A program made the translations under genes and the position numbers. DNA of 64,000 bases from Minisyncoccia bacterium (GTDB lineage: Bacteria; Patescibacteriota; Minisyncoccia; Phycocordibacterales; UBA9973): assembly GCA_038322745.1 (NCBI GenBank), contig JBBQGF010000001.1, positions 19,258 to 83,257 on the forward strand, read 5' to 3'. Below the pieces are notes generated by a model, which saw only the letters and a program-made list of their open reading frames with translations, had not been told where the DNA came from and ran no database searches. Numbering within the stretch: the first letter of the stretch is position 1; every line of letters begins with the position of its first letter. Below, piece by piece: positions 59,930 to 64,000 of the stretch.

Positions 59930-59958
59930 AAACCCAGAGCTAAGCTCTGGGTTTATTT
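59930..59958 (-). terminator. rho-independent terminator after lysS
   Basis: aaacccagagc / gctctgggttt 11-bp stem. Confidence 0.8.
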
Positions 59959-59973
59959 TGTATTTAATATTAA

Positions 59974-61485
59974 TTATTCATTTTCCTTTGGTTTCATTGT
60001 AGGAAAAAATATAACATCACGAAGATTTTTCTGTTCTGTAAATATTGAGACTAATCTGTCTATACCCATACCGAAACCTGTCATTGGTGGCATTCCATGT
60101 TCCATAGCAGTGAGGAATCCTTCATTTACATCCATAGCTTCTTCATCACCAATATCTTTTGCTTTTGATTGTGATTCTAGAAGTTCTCTTTGAATTATTG
60201 GATTAACTAATTCTGCATATTGGTTTGTAATTTCAGCTCCAGCAATAACTAACTGACAAACTTTTGCTGTACCATTACTATTTTGTTGAGCAAGAGGTTT
60301 TAAATCTCCAGGAAAATCTGTAACAAAAGTAGGATTTATAATTTTACCTCTTGAAGATTTTTTATAAATTTTATCAAGTAAGTTACCTCGTCCTAATTTT
60401 TTGACTTCTTCTTCTTTCACCCCCCATTTGAGTGCTTCTAATCTCGCATCTTCAATAGTTATAGTTTCTATATCTATATTTGCATTATCTTTCATCAGCT
60501 GTCCAAAAGAAATTCTTTTCCAATCACTATTAATATCTATATCAACAGTATTACCTTCGTTGTCATAAACCTTATAAATTGTTTTATTCATTAAATCAGT
60601 TGCAATTGATTTAATAAGTTCTTCTGTCCAAGCCATATTTGTCTCTAGAGTCTGATATGCTGCATACCACTCTATCATTGTAAATTCTTGAATATGAGTT
60701 GGGTCAGAACCTTCATTTCTAAAATTCTTACCAATTTCATAAACTCTCTCATAACCACCAGTCAAAAGAATCTTGTGATCAAGTTCAAGTGCAATACGAA
60801 GAACCATTGGTATATCATAATCATGATGATGCGTATTAAAAGTTTTTGCCATAGCACCACCTGCTTGATTTTGAAGTATTGGGGTTTCTATTTCTAAGAA
60901 ATTCTTATTATCAAAATATGCTCTTATAAATTTTACAATTTTAGAACGTAAGACAAAGCGATTATATACATCTGCATCCATACATATATCTAAATATCTT
61001 TTTCTATAAGTTTCTTCTACATCTTGAAGTCCGTGCCATTTATCAGGAAGTGGTAAAAGTGATTTTGTTGCCATCCTCCAATCTTTTATTAAAATACTCT
61101 GTTCTCCTCTCTGAGTTATAAATAATGAACCAGTGACAGAAATAAAATCTCCATTATCAACAGTATCAACAAATAGATCAAATAATTCTTCTGAAAGTGT
61201 ATCTTTCTTTAGAACAGCTTGAAAACGAGTACAACCATCTTGAAGAACAATAAATAAAATCGCTCCTTGTCCACGAACAATCATAACTCTTCCTGCAATT
61301 GATATATTTTTTTCATCTGAAATTTTTAAAATTTCATCGAAAGAATCTTTTATTTCTTTTATTGAATAATCACGAAGTACAGAAACAGGATACGGATTCA
61401 TACCCGCATCGTTTAATTTAGTAATTTTATTTAGTCGCGCAGAGCGCAATTCTTCTATAGATGCCATATCTCTATTGTATATCAA
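59974..61485 (-). CDS. lysS: lysine--tRNA ligase (class II)
   Basis: Class II motifs 1-3 (FLEIETPIL, GYERVYEIGKNFRNEG, GFGMGIDRL) and an N-terminal OB anticodon-binding domain. Confidence 0.95.
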   Translation of the reverse strand: MIYNRDMASIEELRSARLNKITKLNDAGMNPYPVSVLRDYSIKEIKDSFDEILKISDEKNISIAGRVMIVRGQGAILFIVLQDGCTRFQAVLKKDTLSEELFDLFVDTVDNGDFISVTGSLFITQRGEQSILIKDWRMATKSLLPLPDKWHGLQDVEETYRKRYLDICMDADVYNRFVLRSKIVKFIRAYFDNKNFLEIETPILQNQAGGAMAKTFNTHHHDYDIPMVLRIALELDHKILLTGGYERVYEIGKNFRNEGSDPTHIQEFTMIEWYAAYQTLETNMAWTEELIKSIATDLMNKTIYKVYDNEGNTVDIDINSDWKRISFGQLMKDNANIDIETITIEDARLEALKWGVKEEEVKKLGRGNLLDKIYKKSSRGKIINPTFVTDFPGDLKPLAQQNSNGTAKVCQLVIAGAEITNQYAELVNPIIQRELLESQSKAKDIGDEEAMDVNEGFLTAMEHGMPPMTGFGMGIDRLVSIFTEQKNLRDVIFFPTMKPKENE

Positions 61486-61936
61486 CTAGAGTGTATTTGA
61501 CTAGCCCATTTGGAGTTTTAATTGAAACTACATCATCTTTCTTCTTTCCGAAAAGTGCTTCACCTATGGGAGATTTATTTGAAATTTTATTATGTACCAT
61601 ATCTGCCTCTTCAGCTCCTACAATACTATAAGTAATTAAATCTTTTGAACCATCTTTTTTTACAACTACAGTTGTACCAATCTCAACTTTTGAGCTTTTA
61701 TGCTTTTTTACTACAACAGCTGATTGAAGCATATATTCAATTTGGTTTATACGGTCCTCTGTTTTACCTTGATCTTCACGAGCTTGATGATATTCTGCGT
61801 TTTCTGATAAATCACCAAGTGCCTTTGCAGCTTCAAGAGATTCTAAAATCTCTTTTCTTTTAAAGGTTTTAAGTGTTTTAAGTTCATCTATTAAAGATTG
61901 CTTTTTCTCTTCTGTTATATAATTTATTTCTTCCAT
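61472..61936 (-). CDS. greA: transcription elongation factor GreA
   Basis: Coiled-coil N-domain with GDLSENAEY and an FKBP-like C-domain. Overlaps lysS by 14 nt. Confidence 0.9.
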   Translation of the reverse strand: MEEINYITEEKKQSLIDELKTLKTFKRKEILESLEAAKALGDLSENAEYHQAREDQGKTEDRINQIEYMLQSAVVVKKHKSSKVEIGTTVVVKKDGSKDLITYSIVGAEEADMVHNKISNKSPIGEALFGKKKDDVVSIKTPNGLVKYTLVDIQ

Positions 61937-61987
61937 AATTTGCAGATTGTAGCAATAATAGGCATAAATGTCAAAGAAATATTCTAA

Positions 61988-63685
61988 TTATTTAAAATAC
62001 TCTGCGGTATAAACACTCATATAATCAACTATTTCGCTCATAACCCTAGTTGCATTTCCTGATGCTGCTTTTGGTCCACGTTCCATTAAAATTGCAAATG
62101 CGTATTTCGGTTTTTCATATGGAAAAAATCCAATAATCCAAGAGTTGGTATTAGTATTTCCATAACCAATCTGAGCAGTTCCTGATTTTGCAGCTACTTT
62201 GACAGAAGATAGATTAAGTGCTGTAGCAGTACCTTCTGTTACTGCCATACGCATACCTTCTTCTATAACTTTTGTTTTAGTCAAATCAATCGGAATAATT
62301 GTTTTTTTATCTTCTAAATTTTTATCTGAAAATATTATATGGGGTGTATTTAATACACCATCATTTGCAATACCTGCCACAGCACGTGCCATAGATAAAG
62401 GTGTAACTTGAAAGCCATATTGTCCAATAGACGTATTGTATGTATCACCAACTCTCCATGCATCACCTTTAAATGTTTTTAATTTCCATTCTGGAGTAGG
62501 AATATTTCCAGATTTTTCAGAACCTATATCAATACCTGTTTTTTCTCCAATACCAAATAATCGAGCATATTTATCAATATTTAAAATACCTAATCCACGT
62601 TGGCTTTCAAAACCTCCTCCTATTTCATAGAAGTAAACATCTGAAGAAATAGCAATTGCTTTCCTCATATCAACATAACCAAAGGAGCCATGGTCTATAA
62701 ATACTGATTTTTTTTCAGGAAAATATGGATTTGGTATAGAAATAGAACCATTTGATAATATTTGTTTCAACGGGCTTATCACCTCTTCTGAAAGAGCCCC
62801 ATATGCAACAAAAGGTTTTACAATAGAACCAGGAGTATATAAACCAGAAATAGGACGATTAAGGAAAACTTTTCTATTATCTGAAAAATAACTACTAATA
62901 ATTTTTTTATCACTACCATTTGATAAAATATTTGAGTTGTATTCTGGATAACTTGTTATTGCTAAAATCTCACCATTATTTATATCCATTAAAACGCCTG
63001 CCCCGCCAGAAAATGAAGCATTTGTCGCCATTGAAGATATAGAATCATACATTTTTTTTTGAATTCTACTATCAATAGAAAGTTTTATATTTTCACCAGA
63101 GATGGGGGGAGTAACTACATTTTCATATTGGATTGTTCCTTTTACATCAGTTTCTGTTATACGAACACCATTTTCCCCAGTTAGTTTATTATTATAAGAT
63201 TTTTCAACACCATCTTTACCTATAAAAGAATCTTGCCAATAATTACCGGATGAATCTTTTGCAGGAGAACTAACATAACCAAGTAATAATCCAAATCCAG
63301 AGTTATCAATATATGATCTAGCTGGTGAAGAAAATTTATTTAAATCTTCCTTACTCCAAGTATTCCAAGCAAGGAGCACATCATTTCTATCATAAATTAA
63401 ACCACGATCAGCAAAAATAGGTTGTTTCATTAAAGTATTATTTTCACTTTTTTTATAATATGCTTCTCCTTTTAATATCTGAAGGTTTCCGAGTTTAAAA
63501 ATAAATACAAAAGCACAACAAATAAAAAATATACCTAAAATTAAAATAGATTTTTTCGGTATTGCTTTTTCGAGACGACCTTCGAATTGTTGTGTATTGA
63601 AATCAGGTAAATTTTTAGAATCAAGAAAAATCTCATCTGGAGCAATATCTCTCTTTATATAGTTATGATTTATATGAAATTTCAT
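61988..63685 (-). CDS. mrdA: class B penicillin-binding protein 2 (elongasome transpeptidase)
   Basis: N-terminal TM, SxxK (GSIVKP), SSD, KSGTAQ. Preceded by a mreD-like gene. Confidence 0.85.
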   Translation of the reverse strand: MKFHINHNYIKRDIAPDEIFLDSKNLPDFNTQQFEGRLEKAIPKKSILILGIFFICCAFVFIFKLGNLQILKGEAYYKKSENNTLMKQPIFADRGLIYDRNDVLLAWNTWSKEDLNKFSSPARSYIDNSGFGLLLGYVSSPAKDSSGNYWQDSFIGKDGVEKSYNNKLTGENGVRITETDVKGTIQYENVVTPPISGENIKLSIDSRIQKKMYDSISSMATNASFSGGAGVLMDINNGEILAITSYPEYNSNILSNGSDKKIISSYFSDNRKVFLNRPISGLYTPGSIVKPFVAYGALSEEVISPLKQILSNGSISIPNPYFPEKKSVFIDHGSFGYVDMRKAIAISSDVYFYEIGGGFESQRGLGILNIDKYARLFGIGEKTGIDIGSEKSGNIPTPEWKLKTFKGDAWRVGDTYNTSIGQYGFQVTPLSMARAVAGIANDGVLNTPHIIFSDKNLEDKKTIIPIDLTKTKVIEEGMRMAVTEGTATALNLSSVKVAAKSGTAQIGYGNTNTNSWIIGFFPYEKPKYAFAILMERGPKAASGNATRVMSEIVDYMSVYTAEYFK

Positions 63686-63984
63686 TTATTATTATACAAA
63701 ATTATATGATTTTTTAAGAATTGAGCTATGAAATAAAAAACAATTATAATTAAATAAATTAAGGTTGAGTAACTAAATAATGAATTATCTGGAATAGATG
63801 ATAGTACATAAATTATAATAATTGTAGCTATAAATTCATAGAAATTTTTAAATATAAATAACCCTAAAATAGCCAAAAAAACTGTTAACCACCAAGGTAA
63901 AAGGAATATAAATAGGAACAAAATTATATCAAAAAAAATCCTTTTCATATAGGTATTATACAAGACAAAGAGCTTATTTGACAA
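63682..63984 (-). CDS. mreD: MreD-like rod-shape protein (tentative)
   Basis: 100-aa multi-TM protein overlapping the mrdA start by 4 nt, as in the canonical mreD-mrdA arrangement. No sequence motif support. Confidence 0.4.
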   Translation of the reverse strand: MSNKLFVLYNTYMKRIFFDIILFLFIFLLPWWLTVFLAILGLFIFKNFYEFIATIIIIYVLSSIPDNSLFSYSTLIYLIIIVFYFIAQFLKNHIILYNNK

Positions 63985-64000
63985 ATATTACTATCTATTT

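Noticed and set aside
61472-61485. 14-nt lysS/greA overlap as a possible frameshift or fusion
   Set aside because: Both proteins are full-length with normal termini. Short overlaps between co-directional genes are common in compact genomes.

Overview
This is an AT-rich (about one-third GC by eye) bacterial chromosomal window. Many enzymes are miniaturised, short hypothetical membrane proteins are abundant and Shine-Dalgarno signals are weak. That fits a reduced-genome lineage such as CPR/Patescibacteria, but this is an inference rather than something shown. Housekeeping content: a complete F1Fo ATP synthase operon (atpZ-B-E-F-H-A-G-D-C), ribosomal proteins L25, L31, L27 and L9, RF1, LysRS, GreA, EngB, RsmI, RsmH, a division/cell-wall cluster fragment (mraZ-rsmH-ftsL-ftsI-murF), mreD-like plus PBP2, metK behind a SAM-I riboswitch, tRNA-Ile(GAT) and tRNA-Glu(CTC), and glycolytic and fermentative enzymes (PfkB kinase, class II aldolase, a mini pyruvate kinase, a 2-hydroxyacid dehydrogenase). 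The regions most worth a second look are these. (1) A DNA-damage locus in which a consensus sigma70 promoter carries a Gram-positive-type LexA (Cheo) box in its spacer and drives a 70-aa ORF, lexA and a Pif1-family helicase, with AlkD-like and YdjM-like genes directly upstream. (2) A singleton-gene islet next to tRNA-Glu that holds a 1073-aa FN3/Ig-repeat surface protein, two histidine kinases and a degenerate receiver, where the tRNA 3' end is re-used in an extended palindrome and as an inverted partial copy. (3) A partial duplicate of the tRNA-Ile 3' end at the head of the atp operon. (4) MraZ GTGGN operator repeats with 10-bp phasing. (5) A small GC-rich transcription unit with its own promoter and hairpin that encodes a 39-aa basic peptide or an sRNA. 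No CRISPR array, rRNA, transposase or integrase was recognised.
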